Shown here in pieces: positions 36,823 through 45,030 of a DNA stretch of 55,795 bases (position 1 is its first letter; each line of letters begins with the position of its first letter). Location of the stretch: assembly GCA_001780775.1 (NCBI GenBank), contig MFIO01000008.1, forward strand, positions 1 to 55,795. Direction: 5' to 3'. The notes below the pieces were generated by a model. That model worked only from the letters and a program-made list of their open reading frames with translations. It had not been told where the DNA came from and made no database searches. The stretch is from Candidatus Giovannonibacteria bacterium RIFCSPLOWO2_12_FULL_43_11c (GTDB taxonomy: Bacteria > Patescibacteriota > Minisyncoccia > JACPKW01 > UBA11713). The translations under genes and the position numbers were made by a program.

Positions 36823-38352
36823 ATGGCTAAATTTTATATTACAACCGCAATCGATTATATAAACGGACCTCCGCATATTGGACACGCTATTCAGAAGGTT
36901 TGGGCTGATGTAATCGCGCGCTTTAGAAGAATATCTGGAGATGACGTTTTTTTTATGACAGGAACGGACGAACACGGTATCAATATAATGAAAAAAGCCG
37001 AGGAGCTTGGAAAAAGCCCAGAGAATTTAGCGGACGAAAATTCGGAAAAATTCAGGGCGATGAAAAAAACTTTGAATCTTTCGTGGGACGATTTCATCAG
37101 AACTACGGACAAAAAAAGGCATTGGCCAGGAGCCATCATGATTTGGAATAAGCTTCGCGAAGCAGGCGATATTTACAAATCACAATATGAAGGTCTTTAC
37201 TGTAACGGACACGAGGCGTTTATAACAGATAAAGACATGGAGGACGGGAAATGCGCTCTTCACGGCAAAGCGCCAGAGAAAATAAATGAAGAAAATTATT
37301 TTTTCAGGCTTTCTAAATATGCCTCTAAGATCAAAGAGGCTATCGAGTCCGGAGAATTTAAGATTTTACCCGAGTCAAGGAAAAATGAGATATTATCGCT
37401 TATTGGCGATGGGCTCGAAGACGTGAGTTTTTCGAGGTCCGAGAAAGATCTTCCGTGGGGTATTCCGGTTCCCGGGGACGAGAGCCAGGTGATGTATGTT
37501 TGGTGCGATGCGTTGGCTAATTATTTGTCCGCGATTGGTTATGGGAGAAACGACGATTGGAAAAAGTGGTGGCCTGCGGATTTGCATGTTTTAGGGAAAG
37601 ACAACTTACGCTTTCATGCCGCGATTTGGCCGGGAATGCTTCTTGCCGCTGGCCTCGATCTTCCCAAATCTCTTTTAGTACACGGCTTTATCCAGGCCGG
37701 AGGAAGAAAAATGTCAAAAACTTTGGGAAATATTGTGGATCCATTCGATTTGGTTGAACACTTTGGAACCGATGCTGTGCGTTATTATTTTTCGCGCGAA
37801 GTTCCGATTTTTGATGACGGAGATTTTACTGAAGAGAAATTCGAACGTGCTTATGAAGGCAATTTGGTAAACGGACTCGGGAATTATATTCAGCGCGTCT
37901 CAACTATGGCTAGGAATTATTTTCCGGAAGGGATCGTGCGGCCGAGTCACGAAGATTTATTAAAAGTTGCGTTAAAGAGGGGAAATTCTGAATATGTAAC
38001 GCTTGAATATTTTGTGAAAGAAATAATCACCAAAGAATATCGAGAGGCCATGGAAAAATTTGAACTCACGAAAGCAATAGATAAAATTTTTGAACTTTTG
38101 AAAGAGCTTGATGTATATGTTCAAGTAAATGAGCCATTTAAGCTCATAAAGACCGATAAGGAAAAAACTCGAGTGATTTTGTGGAATTTATGTTATGGCG
38201 CCGTTGGGCTGGCTTGGCTTCTTTCCCCGTTTTTACCAGAAACTTCGGACAAGATATTTGATATTTTCGGAATTTCAGAGAAATTAAAACAGGAATGGAG
38301 TGATTTCAAGGCAAAAGAGCATAAAGCGTTGTTTCCGCGCATTGAGAAATGA
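36823..38352 (+). CDS. metG: methionine--tRNA ligase
   Basis: YITTAIDYINGPPHIGHA and KMSKTLGN. Confidence 0.95.
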   Translation: MAKFYITTAIDYINGPPHIGHAIQKVWADVIARFRRISGDDVFFMTGTDEHGINIMKKAEELGKSPENLADENSEKFRAMKKTLNLSWDDFIRTTDKKRHWPGAIMIWNKLREAGDIYKSQYEGLYCNGHEAFITDKDMEDGKCALHGKAPEKINEENYFFRLSKYASKIKEAIESGEFKILPESRKNEILSLIGDGLEDVSFSRSEKDLPWGIPVPGDESQVMYVWCDALANYLSAIGYGRNDDWKKWWPADLHVLGKDNLRFHAAIWPGMLLAAGLDLPKSLLVHGFIQAGGRKMSKTLGNIVDPFDLVEHFGTDAVRYYFSREVPIFDDGDFTEEKFERAYEGNLVNGLGNYIQRVSTMARNYFPEGIVRPSHEDLLKVALKRGNSEYVTLEYFVKEIITKEYREAMEKFELTKAIDKIFELLKELDVYVQVNEPFKLIKTDKEKTRVILWNLCYGAVGLAWLLSPFLPETSDKIFDIFGISEKLKQEWSDFKAKEHKALFPRIEK

Positions 38353-39221
38353 AATTATTTGATGTCCATACGCATGTCCAGTTCGCGGCTTTCCGCGATG
38401 ATGCCAAAACGGTTATTTTGCGCGCTCTTGAGGCTGGAGTCTGGATGATTAACGTAGGCACTCAAAAAGATACTTCCGAAGCCGCGATAAAAATAGCGCA
38501 TGAATACAAGGAAGGGATATATGCGACTGTCGGTTTGCACCCCATTCATACTTCAAGGTCTTATCACGATGAACAAGAAATTGGTGCCGCTTCCGAAGGG
38601 AGCGAGCCTCGCCTCGACGGTTTCTGGTCGAGGCGGGAAGAATTTGATTACAATGAATATAAAAAACTCGCGCTAGATGAGAAAGTTATCGCGATTGGGG
38701 AGTGCGGATTGGATTATTACAGGCTCGAAGAGGATACGAAAAAAAAACAGGAAAGAATTTTTATAAAACAAATTGAGCTTTCGCGCGACACAAAAAAACC
38801 CCTCATGATACATTGCCGCGAAGCCTTCGGCGACCTGATTAATATTCTGAATTCTTATCATTCCTCATTGATCCCGAGGCCTGGAGTGGTTCATTTTTTT
38901 TCCGGAGATAAAGAGGAAGCAAAGAAACTCATGGATTTCGGCTTTTTATTTTCCTTCGGCGGCGTTCTCACGTTTACGCGCGACTACGAAGACGTCGTAA
39001 AATATATTCCGCTCGAGCAAATTTTACTCGAAACCGACGCGCCGTATGTCGCTCCCGTGCCGTATCGCGGAAAACGCAACGAACCGAGTTATGTAATTGA
39101 AGTCGCAAAGAAAATTGCAGAAATAAAAAGCTTGAGCTTGGAACAGGCTGCCGAAATTACTTTCCAAAATGCACAGAAGATTTTCCAACTTGGTAGCTTA
39201 GCTACCAAGTTGCTAGAATAG
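38349..39221 (+). CDS. tatD: TatD-family metal-dependent hydrolase
   Basis: FDVHTHVQ, AIGECGLDY, IHCREA, ETDAPY. The last 11 codons are encoded by a REP-like palindrome. Confidence 0.85.
   Translation: MKLFDVHTHVQFAAFRDDAKTVILRALEAGVWMINVGTQKDTSEAAIKIAHEYKEGIYATVGLHPIHTSRSYHDEQEIGAASEGSEPRLDGFWSRREEFDYNEYKKLALDEKVIAIGECGLDYYRLEEDTKKKQERIFIKQIELSRDTKKPLMIHCREAFGDLINILNSYHSSLIPRPGVVHFFSGDKEEAKKLMDFGFLFSFGGVLTFTRDYEDVVKYIPLEQILLETDAPYVAPVPYRGKRNEPSYVIEVAKKIAEIKSLSLEQAAEITFQNAQKIFQLGSLATKLLE
39186..39212. repeat. REP-like palindrome, copy 1
   Basis: CAACTTGGTAGC-TTA-GCTACCAAGTTG with perfect 12-bp arms. It lies inside the 3' end of tatD. Confidence 0.8.
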
Positions 39222-39225
39222 AAGT

Positions 39226-39882
39226 ATGAGAGGGATAAAATTTTCAAACGAAGAATTTTATCATATTTATAACCGCGGAGTTGATAAGCGGGAGATTTTT
39301 CTTGAGGGATATGATTTGAATAGGTTTTTTCAAAGCATGGATGAATTTAACACTCTCGAACCCATCGGAAGTATTTATGAAAAATCTTTTCTTAATTTAT
39401 CGCAATTTAAAGATTCTGATGAGAAATTGGTAAGATTTATCTGTTATTGCCTAAATCCAAACCACTATCATTTTATACTTCAGCAAGTTTCAGACCGAGG
39501 AATTGAAAAATTTATGCATCGTCTATCTGGAGGATACACAAGATATTTTAATGAAAAGTATAGGCGCACGGGATCTTTGTTTCAGGGCGCTTATAAGGCG
39601 ATCCATATAGATTCAAACGAATATCTTCTGCATCTGAGCGCCTACGTGAATTTAAATAACCATGCTCACCAACTTGGTAGCTCGGCTACCAAGTCAAGTT
39701 GGGCAGAATATATCGGGACGGACAACGCGCATACATTTTGTAGCAAGAAAATTATTTTAGATCAATTCCAAAATCCCAGAGAATACGAAGAATTTGCCAA
39801 GGAATCCTTGAAGAATATCTTAGAGAAAAAGAGAATGGCAACTGAACTCGAGAGATATATTTTGGAGGCGGATAGATTTTGA
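39226..39882 (+). CDS. Y1 (HUH) transposase, REP-associated tyrosine transposase (RAYT)/IS200-like
   Basis: 218 aa. Has YHIYNRGVDKREIF, the HUH motif NPNHYHFIL, GSLFQGAYKAIHI and LSAYVNLN. Confidence 0.8.
   Translation: MRGIKFSNEEFYHIYNRGVDKREIFLEGYDLNRFFQSMDEFNTLEPIGSIYEKSFLNLSQFKDSDEKLVRFICYCLNPNHYHFILQQVSDRGIEKFMHRLSGGYTRYFNEKYRRTGSLFQGAYKAIHIDSNEYLLHLSAYVNLNNHAHQLGSSATKSSWAEYIGTDNAHTFCSKKIILDQFQNPREYEEFAKESLKNILEKKRMATELERYILEADRF
39670..39694. repeat. REP-like palindrome, copy 2 (inside the RAYT ORF)
   Basis: CAACTTGGTAGC-TCG-GCTACCAAGT, translated as QLGSSATK. Confidence 0.7.
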
Positions 39883-39888
39883 GCTATA

Positions 39889-39912
39889 AACTTGGTAGCT
39901 TAGCTACCAAAT
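39889..39912. repeat. REP-like palindrome, copy 3
   Basis: AACTTGGTAGC-TTA-GCTACCAAAT. It overlaps the stop and last codons of the minus-strand ORF 39900..40685. Confidence 0.75.
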
Positions 39913-40685
39913 AAGAACTCTTTTCCAAAATCCCTGATTAACTCTCTTTTCGAATCTTCATAAATCTCTTTAAGTCTGCCGTTGAGGTAAAGATTTCTCT
40001 GATAATCAGAAAATTTATTCCATGCAGATTCTATATTTGATGCTTCTTTCTCATATTTTTGGAGGATGGGAATACCGCCCATCGTAGACCATGACGGTAA
40101 ACCATACTCCGCATATCTTTTATTTCCTTGAAGCCAACCAAACTCTGTTTTAGCGATATCGAATCGCGCCATTATTTTCGGGCGAATCTCGATATCTGAA
40201 CCACTACCTTTGCGCATTACTCTATCGCCTACTTTGGTTGTTGTGCCATCTTTCAAAAACTTTCTAGTTTTTTCTTCTATCGTTTTTGCAATCTGTTCCA
40301 TATTATCGTGACTTCCAATATAAATAGTCGCGCCAGATTCATTTAATCCATTGAAATAGGTTCCTGAACCAGCTTCAGTTTTAAAGTAAAGCCCATTTTC
40401 ATAAAGCAATCCCGAAACTTCTTTTTCTTTGCCTTTCTCGAAAGCAATATGAATTTTCCACCCCTTAGATGAATACGCTGAGAAAGGACTTTCATCTTCT
40501 TTAGTTTGAAAATATCCGTCTTTTACTCCTCTCGGCTTCCATCGCTCCTGCCAAAATCCTTCAAATTCTTTTCTCCGCTGTTCCTTAGCAGCTTCGTTGT
40601 AAATGGTTCCCCAAAGTAAAGGATCCACATTCTTTTGTGCAGGTGTTACTTCGTGGCTAGATTGTAATCGATTCTCAAACCCCAT
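39900..40685 (-). CDS. hypothetical protein
   Basis: 261 aa, soluble, with no confidently recognised motif. The C-terminal FLFGS* is encoded by REP copy 3. Confidence 0.45.
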   Translation of the reverse strand: MGFENRLQSSHEVTPAQKNVDPLLWGTIYNEAAKEQRRKEFEGFWQERWKPRGVKDGYFQTKEDESPFSAYSSKGWKIHIAFEKGKEKEVSGLLYENGLYFKTEAGSGTYFNGLNESGATIYIGSHDNMEQIAKTIEEKTRKFLKDGTTTKVGDRVMRKGSGSDIEIRPKIMARFDIAKTEFGWLQGNKRYAEYGLPSWSTMGGIPILQKYEKEASNIESAWNKFSDYQRNLYLNGRLKEIYEDSKRELIRDFGKEFLFGS

Positions 40686-40788
40686 GGCCTAATAGAAACG
40701 TAAATCGCATTTATTTGACTCAATTATAGCTCATTTTACTAAGAATGGCTGAACGGAGAAGCCAGATCCCTCACGCGAAATCGTTTTC

Positions 40789-40817
40789 TTGAAAAAAATC
40801 CCGAAAAATAATAGAAT
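40789..40817 (+). promoter_or_regulatory. putative promoter of leuS
   Basis: TTGAAA, 17 nt, then TAGAAT. The -10 ends 8 nt before the leuS ATG. Confidence 0.4.
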
Positions 40818-40825
40818 TCTGGGAT

Positions 40826-43327
40826 ATGTCGGCATATTCCAAGATAGAGAACAAGTGGCGAAAGCTGTGGCTTAAGGCGAGGGTTTATGAACCGGATTTA
40901 AGGAAAGCCAAAAAACCTTTCTATAATTTGATGATGTTTCCGTATCCTTCCGCGGAAGGGTTGCATATTGGGAGTGTACGGACTTTTACTGGAATTGATA
41001 TTTATGGAAGGTTTAAAAGGATGCAGGGAAACAATGTTTTTGAACCCATCGGGCTCGATGGGTTTGGAATAAATTCGGAGAACTACGCGCTTAAGATCGG
41101 CGCCCATCCAGTAAAGCAGGCAAAAATCTCGGAGAAAAATTTTTATCGCCAGCTTGAGATGATCGGAAACGGATTTGCGTGGCGCGAGCGCCTCGAGACC
41201 TATGACACGGATTATTATAAGTGGACGCAGTGGATTTTTGTGCAAATGTTTAAAGATGGCCTCGCTTATCGCAAGCAATCGCCCGTGAATTGGTGCCCGT
41301 CTTGCAAAACGGTTTTGGCTGACGAACAAGTCCTGCCTGCCGGCAAACAGGAATTTGCCGGGGAATGCGAAAGGTGCGGATCGAAAATAGAGAAAAAGGA
41401 TTTAGAGCAATGGTTTTTCAAAATAACCGATTATGCTGAGAGGCTCTTGTCTGGCCTGGATAAAATAGATTGGCCAGAAAGCGTTAAGGTAGCACAGAGA
41501 AATTGGATAGGCCGCTCCGAAGGATATTCGCTGAAGTTTCCATTGGTCGGCATCCCGGAGCAGGAGGATAGGAAGCATTCAATAGATATTTTTACCACGC
41601 GCCCTGACACTCTTTTCGGGGCGACTTTCGTTGCAATTTCTCCGGAACTCGCGAAAAGATGGATTAACGCGGGATGGCAAGCCTCCGATGAAATAAAAAA
41701 GTATATTTCAAGCGCGCTCGCTCGACGCGAAGGCAGGGAAATATCTGGAGAGGCGGAGAAAACAGGAGTTTTTTTCGGAATACATGCGATTAACCCCGCC
41801 AATCAAGAAAAAATCCCGGTCTGGATTTCCGATTATGTTTTGGACACATATGGTACGGGGGCGATTATGGCCGTGCCAGCGCACGACAGCCGAGATTTTG
41901 AATTCGCAAAGAAATTTAATCTTGTTATTCGTGAAGTGATTTCTCCAAACGGAAGAGACCATGATTTGAGGTCGGCATATATGGATCCAGGAGTCATGAT
42001 AAATTCCGCGAAGTTTAATGGAATTAACTCCGAAGCGGCAAAAATTGAAATAACAAAATTTGCCGGTGGTGACAGAAAAATTAACTATCGCCTGCGAGAT
42101 TGGCTTATCTCACGTCAACGCTATTGGGGGCCTCCTATCCCAATGATTTTTTGTAGCGCCTGCGGAAAATTGGGGAAAGGAGAAAGAAAGGATATGCCGG
42201 GGTGGTATTCTGTTCTGGAAAAAGATCTCCCTGTTCGTTTACCGTTTATTAAGGACTATAGGCCGCAGGGGACGGGTGAGTCTCCGCTCGCGAAAGATAA
42301 AAAATTTTCCAAGGTAAAGTGCCCCAAATGCAAAAACTGGGCGTGCCGTGAGACGGACGTGTCTGACACCTTTCTGGATTCTACTTGGTACTTTTTCCGC
42401 TATTTGGACGCAAAAAATAAACGCAAGCTCTTTGACTGGCTCAGGGTAAAAAGATGGCTGCCAGTGAACATGTATATTGGCGGGTCGGAGCATTCCGTTT
42501 TGCATCTGCTTTATTCCCGTTTTATTACCAAAGCTTTTTTTGATTGGAAGATAATTAATTTCGATGAACCGTTTCCCAAATTTAGGGCGCACGGTTTGAT
42601 AATCAAAGGTGGCGCCAAAATGTCCAAATCCAAAGGAAATATTGTAAACCCCGACGGTTATTTTAAAGATTTTGGCGCGGATGTCATGAGGCTCTACCTG
42701 GCGTTCATGGCCCCGCTCGATAGCGGGGGAAATTTTCGCGATGAGGGTATCTCCGGTGTTGATCGTTTCTTAGTGCGCGTAAAAAAGCTTGGTGCCAAAT
42801 TGGCGAAAACCTCAAAAGATGGGCTTAGTAAAAATTCGGAAAAACTGCTTCATAAATCGATTAAAAAAGTCGGGGAAGATATAGAAAATCTCCATTACAA
42901 TACGGCAATTTCTCAGATGATGATTCTTTTAAATGAGTTTGAGAAACTGCCGTCTTTACCATGGCACCCTTATGGTATATTTTTGAAACTACTTGCTCCC
43001 TTCGCGCCGTATTTAACCGAGGAACTTTGGCAGAATTTCTCCTTTAAAGGTAGCGTAGCCTCTGGCTGGAAAAAACAAAATTCTATCCACCTTGAATCTT
43101 GGCCTAAATTTGATCCCAAAAAAATAAAGGACGAGAATTTTAAATTGATTATTCAAATAAATGGAAGGGTGCGGGCGGTTTTAGATGCTACAACCGGAAT
43201 TTCGGAAAAAGAAGCTCTCGAAATGGCCACGAATGATGAAAATGTCAAAAAATATCTTTCTTCGCTAGCCGGCTCTCCAAAGAAAACTATTTTCGTCCCA
43301 GACAAGTTATTAAATCTTGTAATATAA
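40826..43327 (+). CDS. leuS: leucine--tRNA ligase
   Basis: 833 aa. Has PYPSAEGLHIGS and KMSKSKGN. Confidence 0.95.
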   Translation: MSAYSKIENKWRKLWLKARVYEPDLRKAKKPFYNLMMFPYPSAEGLHIGSVRTFTGIDIYGRFKRMQGNNVFEPIGLDGFGINSENYALKIGAHPVKQAKISEKNFYRQLEMIGNGFAWRERLETYDTDYYKWTQWIFVQMFKDGLAYRKQSPVNWCPSCKTVLADEQVLPAGKQEFAGECERCGSKIEKKDLEQWFFKITDYAERLLSGLDKIDWPESVKVAQRNWIGRSEGYSLKFPLVGIPEQEDRKHSIDIFTTRPDTLFGATFVAISPELAKRWINAGWQASDEIKKYISSALARREGREISGEAEKTGVFFGIHAINPANQEKIPVWISDYVLDTYGTGAIMAVPAHDSRDFEFAKKFNLVIREVISPNGRDHDLRSAYMDPGVMINSAKFNGINSEAAKIEITKFAGGDRKINYRLRDWLISRQRYWGPPIPMIFCSACGKLGKGERKDMPGWYSVLEKDLPVRLPFIKDYRPQGTGESPLAKDKKFSKVKCPKCKNWACRETDVSDTFLDSTWYFFRYLDAKNKRKLFDWLRVKRWLPVNMYIGGSEHSVLHLLYSRFITKAFFDWKIINFDEPFPKFRAHGLIIKGGAKMSKSKGNIVNPDGYFKDFGADVMRLYLAFMAPLDSGGNFRDEGISGVDRFLVRVKKLGAKLAKTSKDGLSKNSEKLLHKSIKKVGEDIENLHYNTAISQMMILLNEFEKLPSLPWHPYGIFLKLLAPFAPYLTEELWQNFSFKGSVASGWKKQNSIHLESWPKFDPKKIKDENFKLIIQINGRVRAVLDATTGISEKEALEMATNDENVKKYLSSLAGSPKKTIFVPDKLLNLVI

Positions 43328-43328
43328 C

Positions 43329-44021
43329 ATGAAAGCAATTATCCCTTCGGCGGGCGAAGGAATCCGCTTGCGTCCTCTAACTCTCAATACTCCAAAACAG
43401 CTTTTGGAGCTTTATGGAAAGCCGATTTTGGAGCATATTTTTGATTCTCTTCCGGACGAAATTGATGAGATAGTTCTTGTTGTCGGATATCTTGGGGACA
43501 AGATAATTAAGCATTTCGGCAATAATTTTAAAGGAAAAAAAATTAATTACGTTTGGCAGAAGCAAAAACGTGGCACTTGGGATGCCCTATTAGCAGCTCG
43601 TAAACATATCGGCAAAGGAAAATTCTTGATGCTCTACGGCGATGACATTATAGATAAAAAAAGCATTAAAAAACTTTTGAAACATGAGTTAGCAGTCCTG
43701 GCCAAGGAAGTTCCAGATCCGCGCAGATTCGGGGTGGTTGTTAAGGATAAAAATGGAAGACTCTTGGAATTAGTCGAGAAACCGGAAAATCCGAAATCAA
43801 AGTTTGCGTTGACCGGCGTGAAAATTTTGGACGAAAGAATTTTCCTTTATCCGGCCGAAAAGCATAAAAACGGAGAATTTTATGTAACGGATTCGGTTTC
43901 AAAACTTGCCAAGGAACACACGGTGATCGTGGAAGAGGCGGATACCTGGCTCTCAATCGCGACTCCCGAAGATTTAGCACGGCTCAATGAAGACTATAAA
44001 GCTCACAAAAGAAAATCTTAA
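43329..44021 (+). CDS. sugar-phosphate nucleotidyltransferase
   Basis: IIPSAGEGIRLRPLTLNTPKQLL (G-x-G-t-R-l motif). Confidence 0.8.
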   Translation: MKAIIPSAGEGIRLRPLTLNTPKQLLELYGKPILEHIFDSLPDEIDEIVLVVGYLGDKIIKHFGNNFKGKKINYVWQKQKRGTWDALLAARKHIGKGKFLMLYGDDIIDKKSIKKLLKHELAVLAKEVPDPRRFGVVVKDKNGRLLELVEKPENPKSKFALTGVKILDERIFLYPAEKHKNGEFYVTDSVSKLAKEHTVIVEEADTWLSIATPEDLARLNEDYKAHKRKS

Positions 44022-44508
44022 AAAAGCGATTAGGGAGACGGTTTTGGCGCTCAAGGCCGGAGAAGTCCTAGAGGTTCCAACGGACACTGTTAGCGGTCTT
44101 ATTTGCGATTACTATAATAAGAGCGCGGAGAAAGAAATATTTAGATTAAAAAAGCGGCCGGAGGAAAAAATACTTCCGATTTTTATTTCATCTATTTCAG
44201 AAGTGAAAAAACTTGTTCCAGTTAATCGGCGCCAAGAAAAATTTATGGAGAAAGTATGGCCAGGAAAAGTAACCTGCGTATTAAAAAAGGATGTCGGTGG
44301 GTTCAGAATCCCCGGCGATAAATTTATTCTAAAGCTTCTTCAAAAATTTGGAGGCCCACTTTTGCAGACCTCGGCAAATATTTCGGGCGAGCTGCCAGCC
44401 GGGGGGGCACCTTCAACGGTAGTCGATATAACCGGGGAAGATTTAAAGATCCTCCGCGAAGGCGCCGTTTCGGGAGAAGAATTACAAAGAATTTGGGACT
44501 TGATTTAA
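43987..44508 (+). CDS. tsaC: L-threonylcarbamoyladenylate synthase (YrdC/Sua5 domain)
   Basis: VPTDTVSGL and LLQTSANISGE. Confidence 0.75.
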   Translation: MKTIKLTKENLKKAIRETVLALKAGEVLEVPTDTVSGLICDYYNKSAEKEIFRLKKRPEEKILPIFISSISEVKKLVPVNRRQEKFMEKVWPGKVTCVLKKDVGGFRIPGDKFILKLLQKFGGPLLQTSANISGELPAGGAPSTVVDITGEDLKILREGAVSGEELQRIWDLI

Positions 44509-44534
44509 ACATTTATGTAGATTAAGGTAAGGGT

Positions 44535-44759
44535 ATGACAGGGCAAGTTTTAATTAGAAAATTGAATAAAGAAGTACTGATCTTAAAAGAAGAGATGAGG
44601 GGAATAAAAAAAATCCTTTTTGCTCCGATTAAAGATCCAGAAGGGGAATACAGAAAGGATTTTGTAAAGAAAATACTGACACGCGCCAAAGAAAATCCTA
44701 AATATCGTTTCACTACCAAGGAAGAATTTATGGCGCAGGTATATGAACGGAAAGAATGA
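44535..44759 (+). CDS. putative antitoxin (74 aa)
   Basis: Small ORF overlapping the start of a RelE/ParE-like toxin by 17 nt. Confidence 0.4.
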   Translation: MTGQVLIRKLNKEVLILKEEMRGIKKILFAPIKDPEGEYRKDFVKKILTRAKENPKYRFTTKEEFMAQVYERKE

Positions 44760-45030
44760 AGTAGAGTATGGGGATGGATTTCTTAAAGATCTTAAACGCC
44801 TCCCAAAAGAAGCAGTTAAGAAGTTAGGTATTCTAATTGAATATTTACGAGACGATGCTTTTGACCCGCGCTTACACACCAAGCCTTTAGGGCCGCCGCT
44901 TGCGGATAAATACTCTTTTCGAATCACGCGCGATTGGCGCGTGGGCTTTATGTTCACAGGACAGTCGCGCATTAAACTTCTTATTGCTGACCACCGCAGT
45001 AAATTTTATGAGAGAATAAAAAGATTGTAA
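44743..45030 (+). CDS. RelE/ParE-superfamily toxin
   Basis: 95 aa. The KDLKRLPKE...HTKPLGPPLADKYSFRITRDWRVGFMF...IKLLIADHR pattern fits the family. Confidence 0.65.
   Translation: MNGKNEVEYGDGFLKDLKRLPKEAVKKLGILIEYLRDDAFDPRLHTKPLGPPLADKYSFRITRDWRVGFMFTGQSRIKLLIADHRSKFYERIKRL

Noticed and set aside
40898-41329. 143-aa minus-strand ORF
   Set aside because: It is antisense to the catalytic core of leuS.
44583-44972. 129-aa minus-strand ORF
   Set aside because: It is antisense to the toxin-antitoxin pair, which has recognisable toxin motifs.
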